Below are positions 19,588 to 28,599 of a stretch of DNA of 64,000 bases, piece after piece. This DNA comes from a virus, in the IMG/VR virus record IMGVR_UViG_3300009370_000002; one strand, written 5' to 3'. Positions within the stretch are counted from its first letter, which is position 1, and every line of letters starts with the position of its first letter. Below the pieces are notes generated by a model that was not told the DNA's origin, did not search any database, and saw only the letters and a program-made list of their open reading frames with translations. The position numbers and the translations under genes are program-made.

Positions 19588-20024
19588 TATTTTTTCTCCA
19601 TCATTCTTTTGAATATTGTATTAGACTTGGTGCTTACCAAGTTTGATATGTCCACGCCTGGATCATTAGAATCAACTCCCGACAATGGCCCTTGTCCAGA
19701 ATTACCAGTAGGTGATGGAGCAGGAGTTGTACCTTCAAAGACGTTTACTCCGCCATATGCGTCTGATCCGATGGCACCGAGAAGCTTTTTCTTTCTTTCA
19801 AGTAAAGCCTGTTTGCTAGAGCTACCGGCCGCTGCCTTGGCATTAGCTATCCACCTTTCTTCACTAGTTTGTTCTCTTACAACTTTCTTCTGGGAGGGCG
19901 CTTTCAAGCCACGGGCAACCTCCGATATGATATGAGATAAAGCACCTTTATCTTCAAATATCACTTCCCTAATGCACTCCTTAATAAGAGGTTTGAGTAT
20001 TTTTTTCAATTCATCTTTTTTCAT
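19587..20024 (-). CDS. Hypothetical protein, possible prohead-associated
   Basis: Translationally coupled between protease and bS21; N-terminus LKPLIKECIREVIFE resembles the shared leader motif. Confidence 0.6.
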   Translation of the reverse strand: MKKDELKKILKPLIKECIREVIFEDKGALSHIISEVARGLKAPSQKKVVREQTSEERWIANAKAAAGSSSKQALLERKKKLLGAIGSDAYGGVNVFEGTTPAPSPTGNSGQGPLSGVDSNDPGVDISNLVSTKSNTIFKRMMEKK

Positions 20025-20650
20025 CAGTTTCTCAATATTTTGTTAAACAAGCCATCCAATATAATGCCTCTCTTCTCGTTGATTTTGTTTTCATACACTC
20101 TTGAGCCAACCGCTATGGTTTTTTCAGGATAAATATACGCATTTGGAGTTGAAGGTTCCGATACAATATCAAAGCAAATTAATTCAAAATCCTCTTGAAC
20201 AACTGTATTGCCGGCAACTTCGTTAACTGACCCAAGTCCCCGAGAAGATATTCCAAGCTTAATCCCAGAATTAATTAAGTCTTTTAAGATTCTTCCAGAT
20301 GGAGTGTCAAGAACCTTAATCTTACCCATGACATCATTCCCTTCCCACCACATGTCAGTAACAACATGAGATACATTTCTCAAGTTGATAACCGAGTCAT
20401 CAGGATGATCAAGTTCACCTAAAGCTCTGTTGTCCTTAATAACGTTCATGTAATTTTTGATTTCTTTTTGAAGAACCTTGCAAGGATATATTCTACCATT
20501 TCCGTTCTTCTTCTCACAAGTCTGGAGTCTACCAGACAAATAGAGGGCGCCATTTTCAACTTCCCTCTTTTCACGTTCGGTTAACAAATCTTGACAAATG
20601 CCATCTTTGCACAACTCGTAAAACTCTGTTAAAAGTTGCTTTACCGCCAT
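20024..20650 (-). CDS. Prohead core protein protease (T4 gp21 family)
   Basis: NGRIYP, ALGELDHPD, VSH, TPSGRILK, LGISSRGLGSV, FDIVSEPSTPNAY are gp21 signatures. Confidence 0.95.
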   Translation of the reverse strand: MAVKQLLTEFYELCKDGICQDLLTEREKREVENGALYLSGRLQTCEKKNGNGRIYPCKVLQKEIKNYMNVIKDNRALGELDHPDDSVINLRNVSHVVTDMWWEGNDVMGKIKVLDTPSGRILKDLINSGIKLGISSRGLGSVNEVAGNTVVQEDFELICFDIVSEPSTPNAYIYPEKTIAVGSRVYENKINEKRGIILDGLFNKILRN

Positions 20651-21102
20651 CTTCTTCTCCTCACGTACATCTGATTAACATCAACGCCGTGCGGTTGCCA
20701 GCTTTCAACATCTCCATTGGAATAATCAACATCAATTATTCCACTTTGCATTTTGGTTACATTTGTGATTTTAGGCAAACCTTCTATATCGGTACTCTCC
20801 GGATCCATGTCCCATGCGTTCTTCCATTTGGAATTAAGCATATAGAGACGGAAAAGCTCTCTACGCCCAAGGCTTAGTGACTGAAGATATTCATCTCTCA
20901 TGTTGTCGCGAATATAAGAATTGAGTAAATGCTTAACTGTCCCTGTCATAGGGGCACTTGACGCTACAGGCGCCTCGGGTGCAGTCTGCGGCTCAGCCAC
21001 GGCCTTGGGAGGCAAATCCATAGGCAGTTCCAATTGTGCATAATTTGCCTCTTTCATTACCTCTCTGACATATTGTTCCAATAGTTTTTTGGTTATCTTC
21101 AT
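20641..21102 (-). CDS. Hypothetical protein with shared N-terminal leader (MKITKKLLEQYVREVMKE)
   Basis: ORF track; coupled to neighbours; leader motif. Confidence 0.7.
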   Translation of the reverse strand: MKITKKLLEQYVREVMKEANYAQLELPMDLPPKAVAEPQTAPEAPVASSAPMTGTVKHLLNSYIRDNMRDEYLQSLSLGRRELFRLYMLNSKWKNAWDMDPESTDIEGLPKITNVTKMQSGIIDVDYSNGDVESWQPHGVDVNQMYVRRRRWR

Positions 21103-21407
21103 TGTTCCCGATTGCCTCTCATAGCCGCCTTTGCTGCTCTTATCTTATCCATAATTTTTGCGGCTTCAGATGCACCGAAAAGATTCGCTAGCTCTTCTTC
21201 TTGTCTTTTCAAATTTTGCTCTTCTCTTGGATCATCCACATAAGTACCCTCATCGGGATCACCAGCAGGAAGATTTCTTGGATCGGCCTCTCCTCTCCTC
21301 ATCCTTCCCATTCGTTTGTGGTGAACGTGGGCACCCATATCAAAATCATCCGATTCGGACAATACTTCACGAATCATTTTCATAAGTTGTTCAGTTGTTA
21401 ATTTCAT
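21099..21407 (-). CDS. Hypothetical protein with shared N-terminal leader (MKLTTEQLMKMIREVLSE)
   Basis: ORF track; leader motif; SD AGGA. Confidence 0.7.
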   Translation of the reverse strand: MKLTTEQLMKMIREVLSESDDFDMGAHVHHKRMGRMRRGEADPRNLPAGDPDEGTYVDDPREEQNLKRQEEELANLFGASEAAKIMDKIRAAKAAMRGNREQ

Positions 21408-21447
21408 TTTGTCAATTCCTATAAAATACCGGCGCTACCGGCGTGTG

Positions 21448-21501
21448 TCAACTTCCGCTACAGCAGCGTCGAACAGGTTGTAACATCCATTTCTTACTCA
21501 T
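21448..21501 (-). CDS. Candidate 17-aa micro-ORF MSKKWMLQPVRRCCSGS
   Basis: Hand-translated; AGGAG SD 6 nt upstream of the ATG; fills the gap between two genes; in frame with the upstream TAG. Confidence 0.5.
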   Translation of the reverse strand: MSKKWMLQPVRRCCSGS

Positions 21502-21510
21502 AATAAACTC

Positions 21511-21816
21511 CTAGTTGTAAAAAAGATTTATGCCTTCATCTCCAATAGCCATGGAAAGGCTATAAGAAGTTCCAGCAGATATAAAACCACAAATAAAGAA
21601 ATTCGCGATTGTATAGTCAAAAGTAAATAGTTCAGTGCCGCCATTTATCAAGAAAAGAAAGCAACCGACCCAAAAACCCATACAAAGAGGGCAGTGGAAT
21701 AACCAAGTCCACATTTTTTCAGGATTTTTCTCTGGCCTTATTGAGTGAAATATGCTGCCATAAACCAAAATAAAGGTAAGCCCAAAAGAGGCAAGCACAA
21801 AATAAAGTAATTCCAT
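21511..21816 (-). CDS. Small membrane protein with CxxC-x-GFW motif (DUF1360-like)
   Basis: Three hydrophobic segments, FHCPLCMGFWVG; start moved to ATG 21816 (GGAGA SD). Confidence 0.6.
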   Translation of the reverse strand: MELLYFVLASFGLTFILVYGSIFHSIRPEKNPEKMWTWLFHCPLCMGFWVGCFLFLINGGTELFTFDYTIANFFICGFISAGTSYSLSMAIGDEGINLFYN

Positions 21817-21855
21817 TAAATCTCCAATTTTTTTCGTCAAATACTATCAAATACA

Positions 21856-22422
21856 TCAATAGATGTATCTTCCATAAAGATAAGGGGCAAATAAACCATG
21901 CTGCTTGATGGAGCCCTTCTCCTCTTCATGTGGCACCTCACCAAGCTCAGTTGATTCTTCTTGGTCAGGATTTAATATCAAGTCTTCTATTGTATCATTA
22001 TAGCTATCATCCAAGAATGGCTTTTCTTCTATTAGCCATTTGCTTATTTCATACAATGCCATCTTGACTGAATCCACCTCTTTTGATTCGAGGAGGATTC
22101 CTTGTAATGAACCATACACATTTCCGCCTTCAATCGAGTCATACTGTACGATTCCTTTTTTTCTTAAATACTCAAATAATCTTTTCTCTGCGCCATAAAC
22201 CGAATCACACACAATATCTTTGGCAAAAGCCACAATCTTTTTCTTCTCAATCAAAACAATGATGTCGATTTCCTTATGGTCAAACACCATAATATCGCCA
22301 TTTAATGCTCTTCTCATATCGAGTTTGTACTCAACCACAGTGGTTTTCGGCCCAGAAATCTTAACTGTGATTGGTTCTGCTGTGGGTTGTAAGTTGCTTG
22401 ATATTTTCACGTTAATAGCCAT
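21856..22422 (-). CDS. Hypothetical protein in the head-assembly cluster
   Basis: 188-aa ORF, coupled, acidic C-terminus. Confidence 0.65.
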   Translation of the reverse strand: MAINVKISSNLQPTAEPITVKISGPKTTVVEYKLDMRRALNGDIMVFDHKEIDIIVLIEKKKIVAFAKDIVCDSVYGAEKRLFEYLRKKGIVQYDSIEGGNVYGSLQGILLESKEVDSVKMALYEISKWLIEEKPFLDDSYNDTIEDLILNPDQEESTELGEVPHEEEKGSIKQHGLFAPYLYGRYIY

Positions 22423-23234
22423 TATTTGTTTACCTCTGCAACCAAATCTTGGATATAAAAAATCTCTTTAACCACCTGTTCTGTAATTGGTGTGTTGGAG
22501 TAAGCGTCAAGTTGCTTTAAAACTTGCTTAGTTTTAGTCAAAAAAGACTCATTTTCAGTGATTTTTTGTTTATTGGTACACAAGTATACCTCAGCCTTAA
22601 GACGTGAAATTTCCTCGTTTATGAACGATTTAAGCCCTAGTCCATTATCGGAAAATGAGGTAATATAATTCATCAACAAATCTTTTTGTTCTTGCCTCAA
22701 GCTATTACCGTATGTTTGATTGAACTTCTTGGTGAATGTTTTGTAGGTGAGGTTATCAATATGATTCATTTCTTTATTTTTTCGCCTTTCTGAAGACATG
22801 AGTCCAACCAGGCGGCTCTCCACAAGAATGCGATTCTTTGCCTTAAGGCTTGAATTGAAGTATGCACCAACAGATGCAATGTCTTTATAGTTTGAAATAA
22901 AATTTGCAAAAGCAGAAGGGGACATTATTTCATTAATTTGCTTGATTAATTTTGTTTGCTGATTGAATATTGCTTTACGATTAAGGCTTTCAAAGTCCTT
23001 CTTCGTCTCAATAAGAAGTCGATGGGCAAATTCCGCCGACACTTTCTTACTCTCTAAGACAGATCGATAAATGTCCAAATCCTGCTTGAGTACAGAACCT
23101 TTCTTGAAATTTTCTTTAACGATGTTCATTATTTTTTGCTTTTTGTCTTGTTGGTTTCTGACGATTGCCTTTGTTAATTCTTTCATAAGACATTCGTAAA
23201 GAAAAGCGGTATTTCTTTTCTTATTGTGTTTCAT
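22422..23234 (-). CDS. Hypothetical basic helical protein next to the portal gene (MKHNKKRNTAFLYE...)
   Basis: Start moved to ATG 23234 with AGGAG SD; ACTATTTA copy at 23295..23302. Confidence 0.7.
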   Translation of the reverse strand: MKHNKKRNTAFLYECLMKELTKAIVRNQQDKKQKIMNIVKENFKKGSVLKQDLDIYRSVLESKKVSAEFAHRLLIETKKDFESLNRKAIFNQQTKLIKQINEIMSPSAFANFISNYKDIASVGAYFNSSLKAKNRILVESRLVGLMSSERRKNKEMNHIDNLTYKTFTKKFNQTYGNSLRQEQKDLLMNYITSFSDNGLGLKSFINEEISRLKAEVYLCTNKQKITENESFLTKTKQVLKQLDAYSNTPITEQVVKEIFYIQDLVAEVNK

Positions 23235-25134
23235 CCTGTGTCTCCTTTGATTTAAACAGACTCTCAACTAACTTGTTGATGTCGTGCTTTGTATTAAATA
23301 GTTTCTTTTCTTCGTTATCATGAGTCTCCATTATTCCACTTGCCATACTCTTTAGGCCGTCCTTACCACCATAGCCAGCCGGAAGAGATGCCCTTGGAGA
23401 AGAAGGTCTGCCAAACTCCCCAGCCGTCGCCACAGAAGAATAGTTTTGGCTTCTTCTGGATTTTCTCTTCTTTCCTGACATGTTGTATGGCCCTCTAGGA
23501 CTATCATCTCTCTTTGCTGGTGGCTCTGCTAAAAGAATGTCTTCTTCATCTCCACCGGTTTCCTCGGCTGGTTCCTCTCCACCCAAGTCACCACCTAAGT
23601 CACCTTCCAAATCACCACCAAGATCGCCGCCTAAGTCACCACCTAAGTCACCACCCAAATCTCCTCCTCCCTCTTCACCACCACCTTCTGCGGCACCTTC
23701 AAGTTTGGCTGTAAACTTTCTATCAAAGAACATTTCCCTTTGCATGCGAACAAACTCATCTTCTGATAGTCCTAGCAAATTTTCAGCAACCCATCGTTTG
23801 GAAAAGAATCCCTCCGTGGCTGAGCCTGCGATATCAAACTTTGCCTTCCAATGCTCTATTTCTTGAAGTTCGGCAATTTTGGATGGGTTATTGAGGCTGA
23901 GGCTAAATGAGAGCAAATCATCTCCTCTAAAGCCAAGCGTAAACAGGTGAACGATTCCTATCTTTTCCAATTCTGAAATCACCGCTCTTTGGAGTCTTTG
24001 GATTGTTCTGGCGAATCGAATATCTTTTTGAGCTAATGTTGTTTTGTCTTCTGTTGCTCCCTCGCCCATTGTCAAATAAGACTGCGGTATCTTAAGGGCT
24101 GAGAATAGTTTATCTCGTAGATACTTGACATCATCTACTTGTCCAGAATAGTCGCCACCTTTTAGTGACTCTATCTTCGTGTTGGAGGTTCCACCACGAA
24201 CTGGTATAAAATAATCCTCTTCTATTGATAATGGATTGTATCTCAAGTCAACTCTCCCTGTCTTTGGATCCACAACTTGGTGTCGTTTCATTTGAGTCAT
24301 TACCTTCTGCATGTATTGTTCAACGTCCTGTGGAGCGATAGAACCAACATCAACATAAAATGCTCGACGCTCTGGGGCACGAACAATTCGGTATGCCATC
24401 ATCGCATCCTCAAGGAGCGTTAGTTGCCTCCAAATCCGTCGAGCAGGCTCAAGCACTGAGGTACCATAGGGAACGTGTTTGTCATTTCCCATAATCCTAA
24501 AGTGTGCTACCTGCCAGTTTTCCAACGTTAGGGCTGCGCTGTTCCACTGAAACTGTACATAATTGGGATTTGATTCATCTTCGCCCTCCATTCGCTCAAC
24601 TTCTTGCGGAGGCAAGCCAATTGCGCTCCGAATGCCTGCGTCATCGTCAATATCCAAATACAAAAAGAAATCTCCATACTTACACATTGTTCTACACCAA
24701 CCAAACAAGTTGTGTTCAATGTTCATCACATCATGATATAATGCATGCAAGATTGTTTTTATTTCATCATTTGAACACTTTATCTTTAGCATATCGTGCA
24801 AGGCTGAATGTGTTGTCATCTCATCAGCATATATATCAAGGGACGAATTGATTTCGGGGGTGAACTCCATTTGATCAAAATCAACATAACGCTCAGAACG
24901 ATTTCTATTAGATATCATATTGATAGTGGTTACGTTCATTGGGTTGTATTCTGATTTTTTGAATTGTTTCCCGGAAGCTGACTTAAATCTTTTAGCATAT
25001 GTGTCCAAATGTCTTCGTTTTATTTGTCTACCTGACTGCGTTCGACGCTGGGTTATTGGTCCGGAAAAAAGCCTTGTTAACGCTCTGAATAATCCAGACT
25101 CCTCATTATACGGGTTTTTATTGTTTTTAGCCAT
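23221..25134 (-). CDS. Portal vertex protein (T4 gp20 family)
   Basis: PYGTSVLEPARRIWRQLTLLEDAMMAYRIVRAPERRAFYVDVG, EEDYFIPVRGG, DDVKYLRDKLFSALKIP are gp20 motifs. Confidence 0.95.
   Translation of the reverse strand: MAKNNKNPYNEESGLFRALTRLFSGPITQRRTQSGRQIKRRHLDTYAKRFKSASGKQFKKSEYNPMNVTTINMISNRNRSERYVDFDQMEFTPEINSSLDIYADEMTTHSALHDMLKIKCSNDEIKTILHALYHDVMNIEHNLFGWCRTMCKYGDFFLYLDIDDDAGIRSAIGLPPQEVERMEGEDESNPNYVQFQWNSAALTLENWQVAHFRIMGNDKHVPYGTSVLEPARRIWRQLTLLEDAMMAYRIVRAPERRAFYVDVGSIAPQDVEQYMQKVMTQMKRHQVVDPKTGRVDLRYNPLSIEEDYFIPVRGGTSNTKIESLKGGDYSGQVDDVKYLRDKLFSALKIPQSYLTMGEGATEDKTTLAQKDIRFARTIQRLQRAVISELEKIGIVHLFTLGFRGDDLLSFSLSLNNPSKIAELQEIEHWKAKFDIAGSATEGFFSKRWVAENLLGLSEDEFVRMQREMFFDRKFTAKLEGAAEGGGEEGGGDLGGDLGGDLGGDLGGDLEGDLGGDLGGEEPAEETGGDEEDILLAEPPAKRDDSPRGPYNMSGKKRKSRRSQNYSSVATAGEFGRPSSPRASLPAGYGGKDGLKSMASGIMETHDNEEKKLFNTKHDINKLVESLFKSKETQDETQ
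23578..23670. repeat. Degenerate 12-bp tandem repeat encoding (GGDL)n in the portal C-terminus
   Basis: About seven GGDL/EGDL units with synonymous variation. Confidence 0.85.
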
Positions 25135-25142
25135 AATTTATC

Positions 25143-26726
25143 TTATCCTTTGTAAATCCACATAAATTCTTTGATTTGTTCTATTTGTTCTTCATACTTC
25201 TGATTATGCGTTTGAGTATATCCACTCATGCCTTTTATAGCAGTATTCATGACACTATCACTCTTATACATAGAATTTAACATCGCTTTTTTGTATTCTA
25301 TGTCTCTTTTATTAACGTGCATAGCCGTATCCCTCACCCAGCAAGCAATTGCCAAAGCCATTACTAAGTCATCATTATAAGAGCGCATTGCTTGCGGTTT
25401 ACCATTATGCCAAATGAAAGTTTTAAGCTCATGGTATATTCTTGTTGAATATGTTTTAATCATTTTGTTTCTTATAAACTCTTCAAGTTTGGCAACAATC
25501 AGTGGTCGTGTTTTAATCGAGGTTGTGAACCCTGCAACTGCATTTGTCATTGCTTCTCCTTGGTATGCCTCTACATACTCATGAGTTGATTTTATGGAAT
25601 AATACAAGTTAGAATAACCCAAGGTAGTCAACTTCTCTAATATTGAAATACCAATGCCATTATTCTCAACTACCAATAAACAATTTCCAAACTCCGTTCC
25701 CGCTGAAAATAGCATTTGAGAATACATATCCAAATTTGGCTTACCTTGATATTCGGCTACAACTTCCATAGATTCCAGTTTAATAACGTGAAAAACAGAA
25801 TTATCTGCACCGTCTCCTCTAGCCACATCTGCGACAAGTAAGTATGTATTGCCCTCATTATACTTCTCCCACATCCACATGTTTCTATCATACCCGACTC
25901 GATATTCGGGCTCTCTAGCGTTTGAATTAATCCAAGCTAAATCCTCGGGATGAATTACAGTATCTCCAGAAGTGTTGAAGTTACAAAGCAATTCCTGAGC
26001 TATTTGCCTTTTGGACATATTTTTGGTTTCTTTTTCAAACCACCCTTTATCTCTCTCTGGGTGTACATCCCACATCAGCTTTATTGGGTTAAATTCATTC
26101 TCGGCATCCACAGCCCCTATATATGTCTTGTGAAACCAATTCCCTGTGCCTTTTGGTGTTGAAAGTGCAATGCAGCGGCCGCCTGTTGCTAAAGTGGAGT
26201 AAATCGCAGTCCAAATATCATCCATCTTCTCAACATGTGCAGCTTCGTCTACAACCAACAAAGACAATGCTTCTGAGCGGCCAGCATCCTCTGAGGTGGG
26301 TACTGCCTTAATTATTGAACCGTTTGACAATTCAAATGATGTTCTGTTATCAACAGAAATCTGAGCAACCTTCATCCAATCTGGTAGATTTTTCATCATA
26401 CTCTTCACTTTCTTAACAAGATTGGCTGCTGTGCTGAATTTTGTTGCAAGAACAACGATGCTTTTTTCTTTGTGAAAGAGCATAAACCAAACACAATAAG
26501 CAGCAGTGATTGTTGAAATTCCAAGTTGTCTTGCTTTCAGTATTATATTGAAACGAAAATCATTATAGTCATTAAGCAAATCATCTTGATAAGGATAAGT
26601 CTTAAAGCCTATTAGCCCTCTCATGGGATGACTTATACGACAATAGTTGTTAATAAAGTATTGCGAATTCTTACCAGACTTAACAATTTCCTTTACTATT
26701 TCCTTTTTGGTTAAACGGAATGCCAT
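25143..26726 (-). CDS. Terminase large subunit (T4 gp17-like)
   Basis: Walker A LKARQLGIST, Walker B LLVVDEAAH, coupling motif STPKG, nuclease ADVARGDGAD and YNDDLVMA. Confidence 0.96.
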   Translation of the reverse strand: MAFRLTKKEIVKEIVKSGKNSQYFINNYCRISHPMRGLIGFKTYPYQDDLLNDYNDFRFNIILKARQLGISTITAAYCVWFMLFHKEKSIVVLATKFSTAANLVKKVKSMMKNLPDWMKVAQISVDNRTSFELSNGSIIKAVPTSEDAGRSEALSLLVVDEAAHVEKMDDIWTAIYSTLATGGRCIALSTPKGTGNWFHKTYIGAVDAENEFNPIKLMWDVHPERDKGWFEKETKNMSKRQIAQELLCNFNTSGDTVIHPEDLAWINSNAREPEYRVGYDRNMWMWEKYNEGNTYLLVADVARGDGADNSVFHVIKLESMEVVAEYQGKPNLDMYSQMLFSAGTEFGNCLLVVENNGIGISILEKLTTLGYSNLYYSIKSTHEYVEAYQGEAMTNAVAGFTTSIKTRPLIVAKLEEFIRNKMIKTYSTRIYHELKTFIWHNGKPQAMRSYNDDLVMALAIACWVRDTAMHVNKRDIEYKKAMLNSMYKSDSVMNTAIKGMSGYTQTHNQKYEEQIEQIKEFMWIYKG

Positions 26727-26732
26727 TAAACA

Positions 26733-27284
26733 TTAGCCCTTTTTCCTTGTATCGTTTTGAGGGCGCTTGTTCTTATTGTCTAAATCTAAGAATTTCCGCC
26801 ATGAATCTTCGATATTTCTGTTCTCAGAGCCTCCAGCATCAGGGTCAGCCTTAACGCCCGAAATATTGAAATACTGATGTGCTTGAACAAAGTTGCGAAC
26901 TCTCGAAACAGAAGAAGCCAAAATGTGAATATCCCCTTCTTTTGTGAGGGTTACACCTTTTCCGGTGATAACTTTGTATTCTTTCTGAAGAAACTTTTTA
27001 ATCTCGTTTATCATTCGAGCCATCTCATCCTCAAAGCCGCCACCATATATTTCTTTTAACATGATATCTGCTTGATAATGAATACAAAGCTGACTTCCAG
27101 CAAATTTGACACTAAAACCATCATTGATTCTCTTATCAATAAGGGCATCGCCCTCTTCTCTTTTCAAGCCAACCTTACGAATTTTGCCATCATGAGAAAA
27201 TCTTTCGTCATGAGCGCCGTCATATCCATTGGCAGCAGCCTGTGCTATTCCTTGGATTATTTCCAAAATATTTGATTCAGCCAT
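26733..27284 (-). CDS. Hypothetical protein
   Basis: 183-aa ORF coupled to neighbours. Confidence 0.65.
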   Translation of the reverse strand: MAESNILEIIQGIAQAAANGYDGAHDERFSHDGKIRKVGLKREEGDALIDKRINDGFSVKFAGSQLCIHYQADIMLKEIYGGGFEDEMARMINEIKKFLQKEYKVITGKGVTLTKEGDIHILASSVSRVRNFVQAHQYFNISGVKADPDAGGSENRNIEDSWRKFLDLDNKNKRPQNDTRKKG

Positions 27285-27669
27285 TGTTGGGTCTCCATCC
27301 TAATGTCCATCGTTTCTCTCTGCCTTCTACCCATTGTATATAGCACTTAAAGCAACAATCAAACTTAGACATATAAACATCATCTTTTGACTTAAATGAG
27401 TACGTACTACACACAGGACAAGAACGCTTTGATTCTTTTGTAAGTAGTTTCTTGGATATGAAAACTCCATTTACCTCCTCTTCTGAAGACTCTTGCTCTA
27501 TTTGATGAGAGTGAAGTGTTTTCAAATCATTAAGATATTTTTTTTCTTTATCGTCTGACCATTCGCTTTTTGGGTGTTGGACTGTTTCGTTTCCGTATTT
27601 TTCCACTATTGCATTTTCAACCTTAATAGCATAATTGGGATCTTTACTTTTCACTCCTACTCCTATCAA
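27277..27669 (-). CDS. Hypothetical protein with C-terminal Cys cluster (possible zinc finger)
   Basis: CPVC...CCFKC. Confidence 0.65.
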   Translation of the reverse strand: MIGVGVKSKDPNYAIKVENAIVEKYGNETVQHPKSEWSDDKEKKYLNDLKTLHSHQIEQESSEEEVNGVFISKKLLTKESKRSCPVCSTYSFKSKDDVYMSKFDCCFKCYIQWVEGREKRWTLGWRPNNG

Positions 27670-27929
27670 CCAGCAGCCTGAATGGCGGCTTTGATTACTT
27701 TATCAACTGCGCCTGCTAGTGTTTCATCTCCAGCGGCTTTTGCAATTTCTATTGCCTTTTTCAATATGATATCGTTTATTTGACTGCCAACCTCTTCGGC
27801 TGCATCTCCTGCTTTATCTCCAATGTCACCAAAATCAACAGCGGCTTCTTCTTCTGCAAGTGTTATCTCATTATACAAATCAACTTCTTCTTTAATAATC
27901 TGCTTTAATCTTTGTTCTGTTATTTTCAT
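27666..27929 (-). CDS. Hypothetical protein with shared N-terminal leader (MKITEQRLKQIIKEEVD)
   Basis: ORF track; leader motif; SD GGAG. Confidence 0.7.
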   Translation of the reverse strand: MKITEQRLKQIIKEEVDLYNEITLAEEEAAVDFGDIGDKAGDAAEEVGSQINDIILKKAIEIAKAAGDETLAGAVDKVIKAAIQAAG

Positions 27930-27941
27930 TTTCTGTCTCCT

Positions 27942-28346
27942 TTATTTTACAGCATGCATGATTCCAATTGATGTCAACACACCAGCAACAAAGCCACCTG
28001 CTAACCAAAAACCATCTTTACTTGGTTTAATTAGTTTCTTAAGTTGTTCATTCTCATCTTTCTTTATTGTAATCATATCATTCAGCCTCTGATCGTCAGC
28101 TTCACACCTTGCCTCTAATAAATCGTATTTATGCTTTTCTTCAGCTTTGGCTCTGCCTTTGTGGTACTCTATCTCAATGGTGCATTGTTGTGCTTTGTAG
28201 CGGTTCTCCACTATAAGCTTAGATACAGCCTCTGAATTAAATAGTCTTCCATCGAAGGGTGCTTTTTGGCCCTTCTTTAAGACAACAAATTCTGGCTCTG
28301 CTCCATATGCAACAGGAAAAGCCAGTAACAATAACATTAAAATCAT
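27942..28346 (-). CDS. Exported protein with signal peptide, coiled coil and C-terminal TM segment (spanin-like topology)
   Basis: MILMLLLLAFPVAYGA signal; GFWLAGGFVAGVLTSIGIMHAVK C-terminal hydrophobic segment. Confidence 0.55.
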   Translation of the reverse strand: MILMLLLLAFPVAYGAEPEFVVLKKGQKAPFDGRLFNSEAVSKLIVENRYKAQQCTIEIEYHKGRAKAEEKHKYDLLEARCEADDQRLNDMITIKKDENEQLKKLIKPSKDGFWLAGGFVAGVLTSIGIMHAVK

Positions 28347-28353
28347 TTTTACC

Positions 28354-28599
28354 TCACTGAATATTTTTGGTTGATTGGTTAATCTCTAATGTAAAATCTT
28401 TTCTGAGTTTGATTAGTGGATTAAAGTTTGCCTTCTTTCTTTCCAAGACAAGTGCTCCTTGGGGCTTTACCAATTCACCCTCAAGCTCTAGGGCTTCAAA
28501 ATCAATTTCTGTCTTATCCTTATAAACAACTTTTGGCTCATCGTTTGCAATGGAATATGGGCTGTACGCCAAGAGGGCTATAATAAAGCACTTTTTCAT
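28354..28599 (-). CDS. cglF: Secreted protein resembling adventurous gliding motility protein CglF/GltF
   Basis: Signal peptide, then VVYKDKTEIDF...LEGELVKPQG..VLERKKANFNPLIKLRKDF..E...S..N, closely following the CglF/GltF pattern as I recall it (KKTxIDF-x(4)-EGELTKPEG-x(4)-RK-x(2)-F-x(2)-LIKxRxxF); 81 aa. Confidence 0.72.
   Translation of the reverse strand: MKKCFIIALLAYSPYSIANDEPKVVYKDKTEIDFEALELEGELVKPQGALVLERKKANFNPLIKLRKDFTLEINQSTKNIQ

Noticed and set aside
21421-21450. Selenocysteine recoding of the micro-ORF UGA via the downstream hairpin
   Set aside because: The hairpin loop is only about 11-15 nt past the UGA, the extension (HTPVAPVFYRN) has no redox motif, and no Sec machinery is visible; kept only as a remote possibility.
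23480-23866. Pro/Ser-rich SPPKSPPK + strand ORF resembling an extensin
   Set aside because: It is the antisense reading of the (GGDL)n repeat in the portal gene.
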